A DNA stretch of 61,492 nucleotides from Paraglomus brasilianum (GCA_910592345.1 CAJVPI010000070.1:1-61492); one strand, 5' to 3'; positions 12,796-26,260 are shown, numbered from the stretch's first letter. Numbers and translations are program-made. The notes: generated by a model from the letters alone, not told the origin.

Positions 12796-13226
12796 GATGA
12801 GCAAAAATCAAGAAGATATTCGAGTGTGGGAACTTCATATGTAGAGGAAGATCATGAACCATAACATAAATAGTACTTAAAATAGCACTAGCCCAATCTG
12901 CAAGTAAATCAAACAGGGCAGAAAAGCCTCTCTCACACTTTGATAGCCACATGTAAACATCAAAGAGTTATTTTTTTTTAATTAGGGAAAGGACGATTCA
13001 GTAATTCAGATGAATTGAATAGTTCTACGCAACTACTGCGTACTTTAGTAATACTTCTATCGAGTCGCATAATTTATTCGACAGGAAAAGGAATTACTAT
13101 CCAAGGAAGACCCGTTTCTGATTAAAATATTCGTAGGAAGCCTTGTCACTTCAAGAGAGTGAGACAACGCTGACTGTGGTTTTTAGCCCAAGAACATGCG
13201 TTTTTAATATTAACAGTTAATAAGGA

Positions 13227-13538
13227 TGCATTCTAGCGATGGTTAATGCAAGATTTTGTTAACTAAATTGAGCTTGTCAAATTCGACCACTTAGGTATTC
13301 ACTTGTATGGACCTGAAGTATCAAGAGTCTCTTTACGATTATATTTGTCCTTTGTTAAAACCGCGGTTTGATAGCATTCTAGCGAGGGGGGGGGGCTAAT
13401 GTCGCAGACACGATATACAAGATTTTGTTAACTAAATTGAGCTTGTCAATTCGGCCGCTTCGGTATTCACTTGTATGGACCTGAAGTGTCAAGAGTCTCT
13501 TTACGGTTATATTTGTCCTTTGTTAAGACCGCAGTTTG
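13227..13538. repeat. Imperfect direct duplication (~120-bp core) in the divergent intergenic region between two P450 genes
   Basis: caagattttgttaactaaattgagcttgtcaa...ggtattcacttgtatggacctgaagt...tttgtcctttgttaa.accgc.gtttg at ~13248 and ~13418, each preceded by gcattctagcga. Confidence 0.9.
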
Positions 13539-14516
13539 CTTGACAATGTTAATGTACTCTCTGGACCGATTAGTTAATCTAATTTATTTAACGTAGGGAA
13601 CTTCTATATTACCGGTAATAGAAAATCCCCGTATTTAAGAATTAAACCCCAACATAACACAACCAAACGATTACCGAGAAACCGTTTCAACTTCTGGTAG
13701 ACACATGGTATCTAACTGAAAAAGGAAAAGGCTCGGTGATAAAATGCGGTCGAGCCATCCTAGAATTTACGAGCGTGATTCTTTAACATGATTACAGTGT
13801 TTTAACAGCCTGCAAGCCTGCAAGCTTTCGGCTCTTTGTTTTGCTTTGTTGCTCCATGCCCTACACGGGATAGAAACGTAGCGACCAAGATATCCCAACT
13901 AATAAGCGTGCAACTTTGAGCTTGATCGGCTTGTGTTATTTTTAGCCAACAAAGCACACTGTGACATGATCACCGTTGCTTTCACAATTGTGTACCAAAT
14001 TGCAAGCGATCTTTTTCTAATAAACATGTTTTTCTAATTGCATATTGATATGTACATATTAATATGTACCATATTTATGTGTATCACTAAATTATTCTTA
14101 GTAAAGTAGATTTCATTGGTCCTATGATGTTGCTTAAATTAATGAACGAATTTTAATATGCAAGCCGAGATATCAAGATGATTGCCCTGTTTTTATTGAC
14201 GCTATTATTATACAAAAACCCCGTTTTAGCAAGTTTGCCCATTCGGCAATGATGCCCGTACAACTAAATCGAGTAGGGTCAATTATGATTATGATTATAG
14301 ACTGTCGTTGTATCACGTTACGTTGTATCTCGGATATTTCCGATCTGCAATTGCCGAGCACAAACTTATATGCGTGCTTTATATTTATAAATTACATATG
14401 CGTATCAATATTGTTGGTGAGATAATATATAAAAAGGTCCCATATTCCATCAACAATCCACAATTAACAGAGTCACAGAGTCCATAATACCTCGTAATTT
14501 AATCCCTCTAGACAGG

Positions 14517-16302
14517 ATGAACAGCATACTACGTCCATTCCCTTTCAGTGTAAAAGAATCGTATTATATAATTTTACCCGATTTTGAATTCTCATACGGA
14601 CAATTGGCGTTCTACTTATTTAGCGCCGTGATTGCGAAATTAATATATAGTGCAGTATATAATTACTACATTAGCCCACTCAAAGCGATCCCTGGACCCA
14701 GACTAAACGCAATTACTAAATTACCCATTCGATTACGAAGACCCGAAGGGAGAGTGTTTGACTGGTTCTATTCTCTTCACAGACAATATGGGCCAGTCGT
14801 ACGTGTTAGTCCAAGAATGGTTTTATTTGCAGATAAAGACGCCGTTAGACAGATACTCGTGTCTGATGTATGTATAAGCATGTAAAAAATATATATATTA
14901 TATACACTTAAAACATAATTACTCTATCTAAAACATATGTATAATTACTCTATCTAAAACATATGTATAATTAACTCTATCTAAAACGTATGTATAATTA
15001 ACTCTATCTACTGTCTTTTTTATACAGGATCTCCCAAAAAGTGAAGAGGTCGTCAGAATAAGGGTTGACGCATCATTCCAAACTCTCTTCTCTGCAGATG
15101 ACAAAACGTTTCACAAAACCAGAAAACGTTTATTATCTCCGGCATTCTCTGTCAAGTATACTTCTTCGCTCGAGCCATTCATGCATTCGTGTGTCCAAAC
15201 CCTCGTAGGAATAATACACAACACAGTCATGAACAATAGCTCTGAGAAACCAACCACAGTAAACCTCTATCAGTACGTACAAGCAGCCGCTTTCGATATC
15301 ATTGGCGAAACCGCATTCGGAGAATCGTTCAAATTATTGGAAAATGGTAAACATCCGTTACCAATTAAGGTATTTGAGGAACTTCGAAAGCGCGTACTAC
15401 GTGCAACCTTCCCTTTCCTAAAACCTTTTTTACAACAAGACCCTTACACTGAAGAAGTAAGTATAAAGCAGCACGATTTTTTTTTTGGCACATGTTTGTG
15501 TATTTATTTATTTATTTATTTATTTATTTACATTCTCAATGCGCAGTTTGTCACAAAAATTATTCGAGAACGACATGCTCAAAATGCAAATGGAGTACGA
15601 CGTCACGACATCCTTCAAATCCTCATTGATGCTAAAGATGAAGAAACTGGCAAGGGCTTAACCGAATTTGAAATATATGATCAAGTCATGGAGTTTTTAA
15701 TCGCCGGTGGTGATACTACCGCATTTACAATCAATATGGCTTTAGTACTTCTACTTCAGAATCCGCAAGCACTAAGATCGTTAGTAGCCGAGCTGGACAA
15801 AACGTTTTCAGACGTCCGCGATCGAGACCAATCAAAGCCATTTGTTCCCGATCATGACTCTCTGAAACATCTTAAATACCTTAATGCGGTTATCAAAGAA
15901 ACCTTGCGCAGATTTCCTACTGCTCTCGCTGGTGTTCTCAGGCAAACTAAAACCGATACTATAATAGGCGGATATTTTATTCCGAAAGATACTCTTGTTA
16001 CAGCATCCTTTTATCAAGTTCAGAACTCCAAAGAGCTTTGGGGACCTGATGCTGAGGAATGGATTCCGGAACGATGGCTTGATGCCGACAGAATACCACG
16101 AAATTGTTTGTACGGATTTGGTGGCGGATCTCGTATATGCATTGGTCGACATTTTGCTTGGGCTGAAATGAGGATAATGTTAGCTTCTTTAGTGATGAAC
16201 TTTGACTTAACCGTAATACCTGGTCAAAACCTGGAGTTGGTGCATTTTATTACTCCCTCTTTAAAGACAAAAAGGTTTGAAGTGGAGGTTCGTTTAAGAT
16301 GA
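14517..16302 (+). CDS. Cytochrome P450 (canonical motifs), 3 exons
   Basis: SPLKAIPGP, YGPVVRVSP, AGGDTT, ETLR, PERW, FGGGSRICIG; introns ~14868-15028 and ~15457-15546 (the second is read through in the ORF track). Confidence 0.95.
14915..15010. repeat. Intronic tandem repeat, ~3.6 x 26-27 bp
   Basis: ataatta(a)ctctatctaaaac(a/g)tatgt repeated inside intron 1 of the P450. Confidence 0.9.
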
Positions 16303-16559
16303 AATATTAGCAGGGAATATGAAGGATGCTCTAGTAAAAAGGACAGATTCGAACCAAAGGCCTCGAAATAAAAGTTCGGCGGCACGTCAAGTGGTTCAAG
16401 CTGTAGTCTAAGCTTCTTTATTGTATAGTACTTTGTTACTGAGTAACAATGCAAATCAATTAGCGGAGCAATGAGAAGCGGATCAGCATCGCGCCGGCGC
16501 CATGATGTGCGTATCAAATCAGCATGAGAATGTCTTTTCTTGAAAAACAAACAAACCCC

Positions 16560-17600
16560 ATCATTTGGTTTCGATATTAGCTGTGCGCGTTTATTTGTAA
16601 TAAAATTGTGATCAATTAGAGCAACTATTCTGAAATCTACGTCTGTAATAGTAAAGTTCATAGCCATTAATAATATTATTATCAACAAAACCAAATAAAG
16701 TTAAAAAATGGCCGATATGGCTAGAAAATTGATCAATGTGAATGATAAAGGCTTTTGTGGCTGTGGCTGTGGATAAAAATCATGGACCGCAGATATCAAA
16801 ATGACCAATCCAAAACTACCATCACACTTGAATTTAGTACGTCCAGGTATCAAAATTTAATTCGATATACTAATACTAATACTTTAATAATAGCCGCAAA
16901 TTATTAAGATCAAATGGTGGCATTATTTTTATTCTGTCCTCCCGCGTTATCACAAGTAATCTTTAATACTTTTCCCTTTATTTAATTTCTTAATCCCATC
17001 GAATACCATGCTCAGCGTACCATTAGGACCTTTGCTTATTATTGCGTTTTCAATCGAGAGCATAAATTAATTTGTTCGCGTACTGCTTTATCTTGTATAC
17101 CGCTTTACGTGGACTAAGATAATAAATTTTACTTGCCTGTTGATTGGATGGGGAACGTGAACATTTTGCACTAAATCATAACTGTAATGAGCAATGGCAT
17201 CAACGCTGCAATAACCAGCTTTTATTTCTTGTTATAAAATGCTCGTCTACTAATTTCCTCTGTTGTTCTGCTAATTCAGTCTTAAATGTTCTTTGTATTT
17301 TTCAGTAAATCTTGCTTTTTCTTCCTTACAAGTATTATACTGAAAGCCATTCTGAAAATGTTGGTATGTATTAATACATCATTGTATATGAGTAACATAC
17401 TCATCTTCCGATGCGGGATCTGTTCTTGGGCCTACTCTACATTCTATTGTATCGCCCCCTAGTATCGGTCATCCTTTTGCCTCCCTGTGTACTTTGAACT
17501 ATCTTAACAATGGTATCAGCCGAATATCGAACATCATTATTATACATCGCTTGCTGAGAATCAGCAACAATACTTTGTAATGCATGTCAATCGAGTGGCG
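16560..17600 (-). mobile_element. Degenerate Sola-like DNA transposase relic
   Basis: Minus-strand fragments AHYSYDLVQNVHVP (~17190), KIYYLSPRK, KGPNGTLSMV, ITCDNAGGQNKNN (16922-16960) and IPGRTKFKCDGSFG (~16805-16850), with stops and frameshifts. Boundaries approximate. Confidence 0.7.
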
Positions 17601-20026
17601 TACTTACGGGTGTTGAAATCACGTGCTATCAATTGTGGTATTGATAGAGAATTTTTCAACGTTTCAAATAATGGCCTGAAATGCGGAAAAAAGAGCATCA
17701 GTTTGGACTGATTTGATTTTTTTTGACCAATAGGCTTTCGTATTTAATAACTAGCGGGGGTTTTTTAGTTACTATTAACGTTAATATTAATATTGATATT
17801 AATGTAAAATCATCACGCGTTTGTATTCACACCTTTTAAAAATCTAAAGTTGGTAAGCTGCTGGCTACAATCCAACAATACATCGAGAATTTTATAAACT
17901 ACCATGTATACAGTAAGAATCGCATCGTCTTATTCTTAAAGTAAACGATCACAAAACTCCAAATCAAGGCATATTAAATACTAATACACTTGGAAAATAA
18001 ATGATTGCAAAAGCCGTACTAATATCAGAATCTTAAGTATGATTTGAATTTACATATAACGATTGGTTTGATTCTTCGAAAACGCAAAATCGATCTTCGT
18101 CGTCAATCACTAATCCAAGAATCATATGTTCATGAAATTCACACATTCGTTAAATATAACTGTTGTCGAGGTGTGTACTAAAAATTGACACATAATATTA
18201 TTAAGTACAATTTAAATTTCGATGTACTATTCTTCCAATTTTCCGGAATAGCGCAACAACCACGTGTATGTGTTTTCGGAAATGATCGACAAAAAATTAT
18301 GGAGTTTTGCGTAAAAAAAAAAAAAGATAGATTTTGTTCACCCCTTGACGTCAAATCCGAAGAAAAGAGAGACAAACCTCAGGATGTCAATAAGACTAAA
18401 AAAGAAGAAAGATCAGCCACAAGGGAGATGTCCCTTCCCAAACTGAACAGGAGCCAGACGTGAAGGATAAATACTACAGTAAAGTAAATGAAGATAAAAG
18501 AGTGTTGATAGAGATGGCAAGAATATCGACGGGGAAAATAAAAACAACGCTGAGAAGAATACAATATGTAGAGAAGACAAATACGTCATTATTGAATTCG
18601 TCATCTATGGGTACAGCTTCAAGAGCGACTACAACTAGCTCCAAGTCAACTTGGAAGCCGAATCCATTTACTCCGGTGGGTGTTGTTGGGAACTTATCAC
18701 CGAATAGACGGTTTTATTTTTCTTTGAACATAAAAATGATTATACGTTAAACGTATGATATGTATTGTTGAATACAGGCTACTCCCACATCGGCTACATC
18801 AAGCGATCATAACAAGTCGCTTCCGTAAGTGTGGACCGAGTGTGTTCTTACGTGATATGTTATCAAGCATGACTCAATAGGCCTCTTATTTTAAACATTT
18901 AATAGTCACCATTTTTTTAAGTCGGCGACAATTGAAAAGAATATCCACCTCCTTCCAAGGTAACTTTACACCTTTCCACAAGAGCAAGCCAATTAATCCT
19001 AGTACCATACGTAAGCAATTCAACTCTGAAGACTGACTTCCATAAACATAATATACATTTTTATTGATAACACGCTAATATTTGATAGCACCAATATGGC
19101 CATTTGGACAACGGCCATTCCGACTACAGAATGGAGTCATGGGTGTTGCCGTCAGTTACGGCTTATATCGAAATCCCGATGTGCAAGTTGCATTCGGTAC
19201 CTTTCTGTTATTTATGGGAGTTGCTATTTCAATCACGGTGAGCAAAAAGTACCTGAGTGTATTAGTACTGCTCTCCCAGCTCGCAAGAGCCGGGGCAATC
19301 GTTCACTAAGTGCGCGGAGATCCTATTAAACCAAGGGTACTCTCGCGAGTAACAACCCTAGGGATGGTATTGAAATCACACAACTCGTTTGTCTTTACTT
19401 GTGTATATACAATTATAGTAACCGTTGAAATCTCCCTCTATTTGATCAGATTATGTCCAATTACCAATGTCTATCACTACGTCCGTGTCGTCGTCGCCAT
19501 CATCATCAGCAGCAGCATTATCGACGTCACATCAACATCACACCTTGCGATAGTGTTGTAACATATTCTAATTATAATACCAACATCTTTCATTAATAAT
19601 ATTGATTTGTTACAGCATTTTGAATGGTACGCATATGTTAATATATTGATTGTTATGGTAGAGGCGAACACGGAATCTGAGATTATGTAGTGGTTATTGG
19701 GATTATTATTATAGGGGGCAGAGGGAAAGCTAGATAGAGGGAGATCTATGTTAGAGTATCAGAAGTGATGCGTGTGGGCATATATGCATTAGATAGCTGA
19801 TTGCAATTAACGGTACATAATGCGAAGATATTAATATTTTTGTTAATATTATTAATATTAATTATAATGATAACATATAGTAAAAATCATTATTCATCCC
19901 AAATGCTTGTATGACTCTACAGAATCATCAAGCAATCTTTTAAAAAGTCGCTGACAGTTAGCAACTTGTGCGTTGTCTGAATTAACAGATTCGAAGAGCA
20001 TTTTGAAGAGTGAGTGAAGGAAAGTG

Positions 20027-20123
20027 GAGAGTAATGTGGGGAGTAATGTGGGGAGTAATGTGGGAGAGTAATGTGAGAGTAATGTGAGAGTAATGTGAAA
20101 GAGTAATATGAGAGAGTAATGTG
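20027..20123. repeat. Minisatellite, ~8 x 11-14 bp (GAGTAATGT core)
   Basis: gagagtaatgtggggagtaatgtggggagtaatgtgggagagtaatgtgagagtaatgt... Confidence 0.9.
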
Positions 20124-23100
20124 GAAGAGGTGCCACCAAGTTTTGTCAGGTCTAGCACCCCAGAAGCTAGTATTAACACCGTCTATATCGATTTCTTCAA
20201 GAAGCGTGCCTTTTTGTCTTCTTTTGTACAAGGCTTGTCCAATTTTTTCTAGAATATTTATTATTATTATTAGTACAATTTATTAATATAATGAAAACCA
20301 AGTCAAAACTGTCGGTTAACATTTTACGTACGCATCGATGGACAATATCAATACAAAACACGCTACATACACCCTCGTGAGTCGTGAGTCGTGAGTGGCG
20401 GCGTCATTTTGTAGACGCTAAAATATAAATAGAGTTATACTTCATATTCAATCATATTAATAAATGCAACTGAGTATCTTATACTTGATTGAAGCCTCAC
20501 CTCTTTCTTTTCTTTCGCATAAATCTCCATAAATATTTTTTTCTAAAATAGCAAGATTATTAAATTGGTTATTAAAATAATGAGAGTGTTTTCATCAAAA
20601 CCAGAACAGCGAAGCGTATGGCTTATACGTACTGAAAGTACAGAAGGCGAAATTTTAGATTTGTCTAAGCTCGGAAGGATGTTTGGTACCAACATGAACG
20701 TGAGGATCCAGTATTTTGTAGTCCGAGAAAGAGGCTTTTCTGTTGTCGAGTATGAATTTGAGATTCTGTAGCGTCGGTTTTGTGTCATTGCCAAGAATGC
20801 GGTAAAGCCTCCACTAGTGCTAGCTTGAGTTTATATTGATAGATTGATAAAGATTAGTAATTACACAGTTTGTGTTGACCATTCAAATTCTCATGGTTTA
20901 TGATTACGTAACCAGAATACGCCACAAAAATTGATAATAAACTTAATCTTATGCTTATTATTATCTCCATCGTAATATATAACATAAATCAATCTGCGAT
21001 TTGAATACGAGCCATCCTAAGAAGTTTAAAAAGTGCAGGTTTCTGGGCTCATGGGATGAGGTAAGATATTTTCTTACGTCAAGTAATCAGTAATGTATCC
21101 GAAGATACGCTGCCACTAGGTGTAAAAAGTCAAAGTTTTGAAATACTTCATGCTACTCGACATTCTTCACCAGGCCAAGGCTTGGTCAAGGTGTTGGTTA
21201 GTTAATATTAACCGCAATGTGTATGTATCTGAAGTTACGCTGTAAATCGGAGTTTTCGAAAGCCATCATCAGGATTATTATTTATTTCTCTATCTAACGC
21301 GTTTAGTGAAATTTCCCCAACAAAAAACTAATTGCAGATAAGTTTTTAATATAAATTGTGGCCTTACTGTATAGCTTTAGTGCTATGGATATTATTGAAA
21401 AGAATAAGAGAGATAATCAGCATATGTAATGGCTGTTTCTTTGAGTTTTCGTTTTTTTTTCTTGGTTCATCGTTAATGCTCATTAATTTACGTTCTTGAT
21501 AAATTTCATAAACGATTTTTTCTTTATCTAGATATTCCTCGAGAATTTGGTATCATTGATTTAAAAACACAAGGGACAATTTTTCTCCTTGGGTTTTCTT
21601 TAATAGTGCTGTAATAGTAATTCTTTGGTTACATGGTGGATTTGATGTTTCATATTTATATCATTTTTAATACAAAGATTATCCTATATTAATATTCATC
21701 TCAGCCAATTTTAAGTGTTATTATCATACGTCAAAACGCCATCAATCACATTGGTTAATTTACAGCCAGCCATTTTGAGTTCAGATGATGAAATGTTCAC
21801 TTTGTTTGGTTGTGTTGCAGTCTGCCCCAAACAATGTTTGCCTTATCAGTAATCTTACGTAAAAAGTCTTGGATAATGCTGTAAGCAGGTAATAATCGAC
21901 ACTAGGAATTTAGCTAGTTTCGGCAGAGCGTGGCGTCTCCTTCTCTACCTTGTCCAATCAAGGCTTTGCACTTACGAAAACCTTCCCGTCGTAGAGTGAC
22001 GCTAATCCTGGATATATTAATTGTACTCGAGTAACTCTGTCGGCTCCTAAGATGGGATTACTTCCTAGTCTACGTTGGGGTACAATAGTATTTTAATTAT
22101 AATATTACATAACAATTAATTATCGTAATTTGCCACTCGAATAATCGCGGGATTATTCTTCATCGATATAATAATAAGGATTAGCGGTTTCTCAGCTATA
22201 TCGATAAGTTACCAGGGAACGAATCATTGGTAATGTATTTCAGAGTATAAAGAGCTACTCATTTATTTACAATAAAGGAATCAGAACATTCTAAGGTTAG
22301 TTGTGATTGGGACGAAGCTTTAATGTCAATTACATCAGCAAGTATATATTTATGATTGCAACGATTAAGAATCTGCAACATTGATATCAAGTGATCCAAA
22401 CACAATAGATATCTGCCACGGTGTCACGAGTCAGTTGTAAGTCTGCCATTTCATCATTAGCCTATGTAGAATTTATTACTATGGCCTCATTCATTGTCAG
22501 TAAGACAATTCCAACAAGGCCTCCGGAGTCAAGGCTGGGAATAGAGCATAGAGCATAGAACTAAATCTAATTAATATAATTATGAAAAAGTACGGACAGC
22601 AGTGTTTGCAATTGATAATGTGGCTCTTTTGCAATTTGAACCAAAATATTATAAGGAACTGAAAAAGAAAAGTGCAAGAGTTAAAACTAACCGACTCACA
22701 CAGAAAACTAACACAAAAGCTACTGTTATTTTTTTGAGTGTGGAATATTTAAAAGATTGCAAGCAAGTGATAAAAATAAAACCAGACTTTAATACAATTT
22801 GGTGTTCAATGATTCTCAAGACCTCTTGTAAATTTTCACAGCTGTCTAGTTATTGCAGCATGCTCCATACAATAATAATCTGCTCTGCCAGTTGATTATT
22901 TCAATAGTATGTCTGTAAATTTTATTTACTTGCTAGCATCAAATTTGTCCAAGCCCAAGTCTATGGAATTAAATATCGATCTGTCTTTTTGAAAAATAAA
23001 TATGAATAGGAAACAGATGTTGCATTGTATTAGTAACTGGGCAAAGTTACTAATACAATGACATTTTACCATCAAACGCTTGTTCCGAACGAAAGATGCT

Positions 23101-23806
23101 GATGCCTTGGATACTCGTCGATGTTTATGGTGCCATTGCGCTTCTGAGTTCAGTATCATGAATAATAAGTGTGTGAAATACCGGTAAGTGAATTCTTGAT
23201 CCTTCCTAACAATAAAGAGTAGTTTGATGTAAATTCCTAGTACCACAGAGTACTTGTAAACATTAATCGCTGTGAGATAGTAGTATAGTTATTGCAAACT
23301 TAGTTTACGTGTTTGAAAGCTTTATCCAATATATTTTTTGTGCAAACATTGTATTTGACGTTTGGACATGAAATAAAATTCGCAACAAAAAAACTTCTTT
23401 TGCACATGCAAACCTTAACCACATAATGACTATGTCGCAATCTATATTATATTTGTGGAACGAGCTGTAAGAATGCCATATGCCAGCCGAGACTTTTCAT
23501 CTACGTTTCGGTTTGAGGTTTCCATGATCATGACCATATATCCGATCACCACGAAACGTAATAGTATTATCATTATGATGAGCGTAGCGATCGTAAATAA
23601 ACATATGCTATATTCGTGTTAGATCAAAAAATTTGCGTCATAAAATGTCATTCGCGGTTAAGAACATATGATGCATTCTTTGATCGAAAACCAGTTATAT
23701 AACAAACGAATTGGAATACCTGTCGGCGAGTAAAACAAAACAAAACAAAACAAGACACAGAAAAACCTGATTATAACTTTTCGATAAAAATAAATTCAAA
23801 GCGATA

Positions 23807-24454
23807 ATGGAACCATCACTATTCCAAGGTGACGATAAGACTGCACCTCTCACTGGAGCAACTCAGGAAGGCGTTGCTCAGAAGACAGAATCTATGATAG
23901 ACACGGCCATACAAGAAGCTGGCTCGTTGCGCGATAAGACTAGGGATGTGGTCGGTAAGACTAAGGATATGGCTGCGCGTTCTACAGAGTCTGTGAAGAA
24001 GACCAGCAAAGGGCTCGTCACCAATCCCGGAGAGTACTTGAAACCAGTTGCCGAAAAAGCCGGTTGGTACTGGAGCAACCTTCCGTTTGTTCGTTGGTTT
24101 ACTTACACGGCGAGCATCTTCAGCTCGGTTCCGATTGCGATTTTTGTTTCTTGGCTGGCTATTACTGGCCTGATTGTGTTTTCTATCGCGAGCATAGGAT
24201 TCTTAATTTCTGAAGGATTCTTCTTCTTGCTGGGCGGTGCTGTATTTGTGCCTGTTGTTGGATTTGTACTCGTTGCTGCTCTAGGCACTGGAGCCTTCTT
24301 CTCTTTCGCCTACTATGGGCTCCGGGCGTTCAAGTATGTGACTAACCGCGTATTAACTGCTCTGGGCCTCTTGTCTAAAGAAGTGGAGGTGGATTCTCAT
24401 GGTGTGTACGTTGGTTACAAGAGAGGCATGGGACATGTTTACGATACGAGATAA
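23807..24454 (+). CDS. Promethin/LDAF1-like lipid-droplet membrane protein, intronless, 215 aa
   Basis: Hydrophilic helical N-terminus followed by a long hydrophobic region SSVPIAIFVSW...ISEGFFFLLGGAVFVPV characteristic of the promethin family. Confidence 0.65.
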   Translation: MEPSLFQGDDKTAPLTGATQEGVAQKTESMIDTAIQEAGSLRDKTRDVVGKTKDMAARSTESVKKTSKGLVTNPGEYLKPVAEKAGWYWSNLPFVRWFTYTASIFSSVPIAIFVSWLAITGLIVFSIASIGFLISEGFFFLLGGAVFVPVVGFVLVAALGTGAFFSFAYYGLRAFKYVTNRVLTALGLLSKEVEVDSHGVYVGYKRGMGHVYDTR

Positions 24455-25158
24455 TAATGTTATAAATATGCATAAGAGTGTGTTTGTTTTGATTGAAAGC
24501 GTTGGAATGTATGTAGTAAAGAAAAAAAACCCTCTTTGTTTTATTATTAATCAACGTTACAACAATAAAAACCGCAAATTTGACTTCCAACCTTGACTAC
24601 GACTATTCTAATAATCATGAATTGACAGAGACATTGTTATTTATTAATGATTCGCATACTAATGAATGAACAATATTTTATATGTTATACGAGGAAATGC
24701 ATTTTGAAAAAGAAAGCTCATCCTTGTGGGTTGATAGTTTTTGAAAAGGACAACTGGTTTACCATCATTTGAATTAGCCACAAAGCTATTGCGTTCTATT
24801 TACTTTTGTGGGTGCGAAACCAGCAATGATCATCGAGCGGGCTTTCCCACATTCAAAATGCCTCACGTCAAGTATCAAACATGCAGTTCAGTTTTCATGT
24901 GCGTCTTGTTTGTTTGTTTATAAAAACAATTAATGGGTTTACATTTTTTGTTTTGGGCGTAGTATTTATAGCATTGTGAAACTGGCAGCAGTTGTACAGT
25001 GGATTATTCAATATGGAGGGGATTTCATTTAGCCGACCTTAAGTATTTATTCATATTTATTCATATTTATTCATAAAACCTTAATCATATAACAATAACA
25101 ATCGATGCCTATCATTCTTACAGCTTATAGAGCATAATGATGATCAACCCGGGTGGAC

Positions 25159-25554
25159 TTATAGAAACAGTCCGTTTTGTTCGCAGTTATTCTCTAACCA
25201 CGCTAGCAACGTTTCAACTTCTTCGGATTGGCGATCATCAGGTGGTAATTCTACATCGTTACCGTTTACCGTCGCGCCATCCAAATCTAACCTCAATAGA
25301 CCCACCAGCTCCTGTATGTTCCATTTGTATTCTGACGGAATACGACCCCACAAAATACTGGCTACTTGGGAAACTACTGGCATCGGGACCTTTCCATGGT
25401 GGGTTTCCAATTGCCGCTGTACACGTCGTCGATATAATAAAAAGACTTTGGAGGGATCGTAAGGAGGTTTTAACTTGCGGTGCGTCTTCTTCGGCTTCGA
25501 CTTGCGACTCCCCTTGGATGGATCGACGTATACGAATTTCTTCACCTTACCCAT
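25159..25554 (-). CDS. Small HMG-box (MATA_HMG-like) protein, copy 1, 131 aa
   Basis: KPPYDPSKVFLLYRR...KVPMPVVSQVASILWGRIPSEYK matches HMG helix 1 (F.LY) and helix 2 (VS..A...W); basic N-terminus, acidic C-terminus; paralogous to 27394-27789. Confidence 0.75.
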   Translation of the reverse strand: MGKVKKFVYVDPSKGSRKSKPKKTHRKLKPPYDPSKVFLLYRRRVQRQLETHHGKVPMPVVSQVASILWGRIPSEYKWNIQELVGLLRLDLDGATVNGNDVELPPDDRQSEEVETLLAWLENNCEQNGLFL

Positions 25555-25636
25555 CTTACTCCTACAAAGTAGATGGGGAGTGGGGATTATATATCTGAAG
25601 GATAATACAGCGCCTCAACAGCACATCATACTTGTT

Positions 25637-26260
25637 TCATTTAATTCGATTATTCTTTCGTTATGTCTTTATGTTTTTTGTCTTGCTTGTATGTCGAACA
25701 TAGAATATGGGCGCAGTAATAGTCAATAGAATTTGGTTAATTGAAGGAATTATTTTACCGTGTTCAATCAGGACGCGTAGTCGTAACAATTGTTCAATTG
25801 TTGTCAGTATACTGGATATTTGTCTAACGAATAATTTTTCAATAGATTACTGCCTTATCTGGGACATTTAATTCGATTACTCTTTCTATTGTTTTGTCTT
25901 GCTTATTACAATATGAGCGTAGTAATAGTGACATGGGTTTGGTTAATTTAAGGAATTCTTGTGCCGTGTTTAACTAAAATATCTGCCAGACGCGTAGTTC
26001 GTAACAATTGTTCAATTGTCCGTGCGTTGTCAGCATGCTGGATATTTGTCTGATACCGGGGACGAAACAAACGACATATAAATTTCTGCCTTATTTGGGA
26101 CAGAGCAGACTGAACGCCTTTCTGCATTTCCATTGTACTTTTTCATGCGATATACTGCACATATGCAGTTTTTCGTCCGGAAATTTTGTGTAACGTCTAA
26201 ATTCGGATCCAACATGCGATTAAAGGGACCGGGCAGTACAATGAGGATGACTAATCCTTT
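25637..26260. promoter_or_regulatory. Two tandem copies of the HMG-gene upstream module (copy A ~25637-25865, copy B ~25866-26260)
   Basis: Shared blocks ttttgtcttgctt, gcg(c/t)agtaatagt, tttggttaatt.aaggaatt, gacgcgtagt, aacaattgttcaattgt, ggatatttgtct and ctgccttat; aligns with 27905-28320. Confidence 0.8.

Noticed and set aside
5719..16302. Gliotoxin-type ETP biosynthetic cluster
   Set aside because: Only GGCT and P450s are present; no NRPS, GST, dipeptidase, C-S lyase or thioredoxin reductase is in the window.
19894..20231. Three overlapping His/Leu/Thr-rich ORFs
   Set aside because: They result from the stop-free reverse strand of the GAGTAATGT minisatellite.
20500..23300. Possible decayed transposon or gene fragments
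   Set aside because: Only short broken frames; no diagnostic motif, TIR or LTR could be identified with confidence.
25137..25729. Plus-strand ORFs overlapping HMG copy 1
   Set aside because: Antisense shadows with no recognisable motifs and no counterpart at copy 2.
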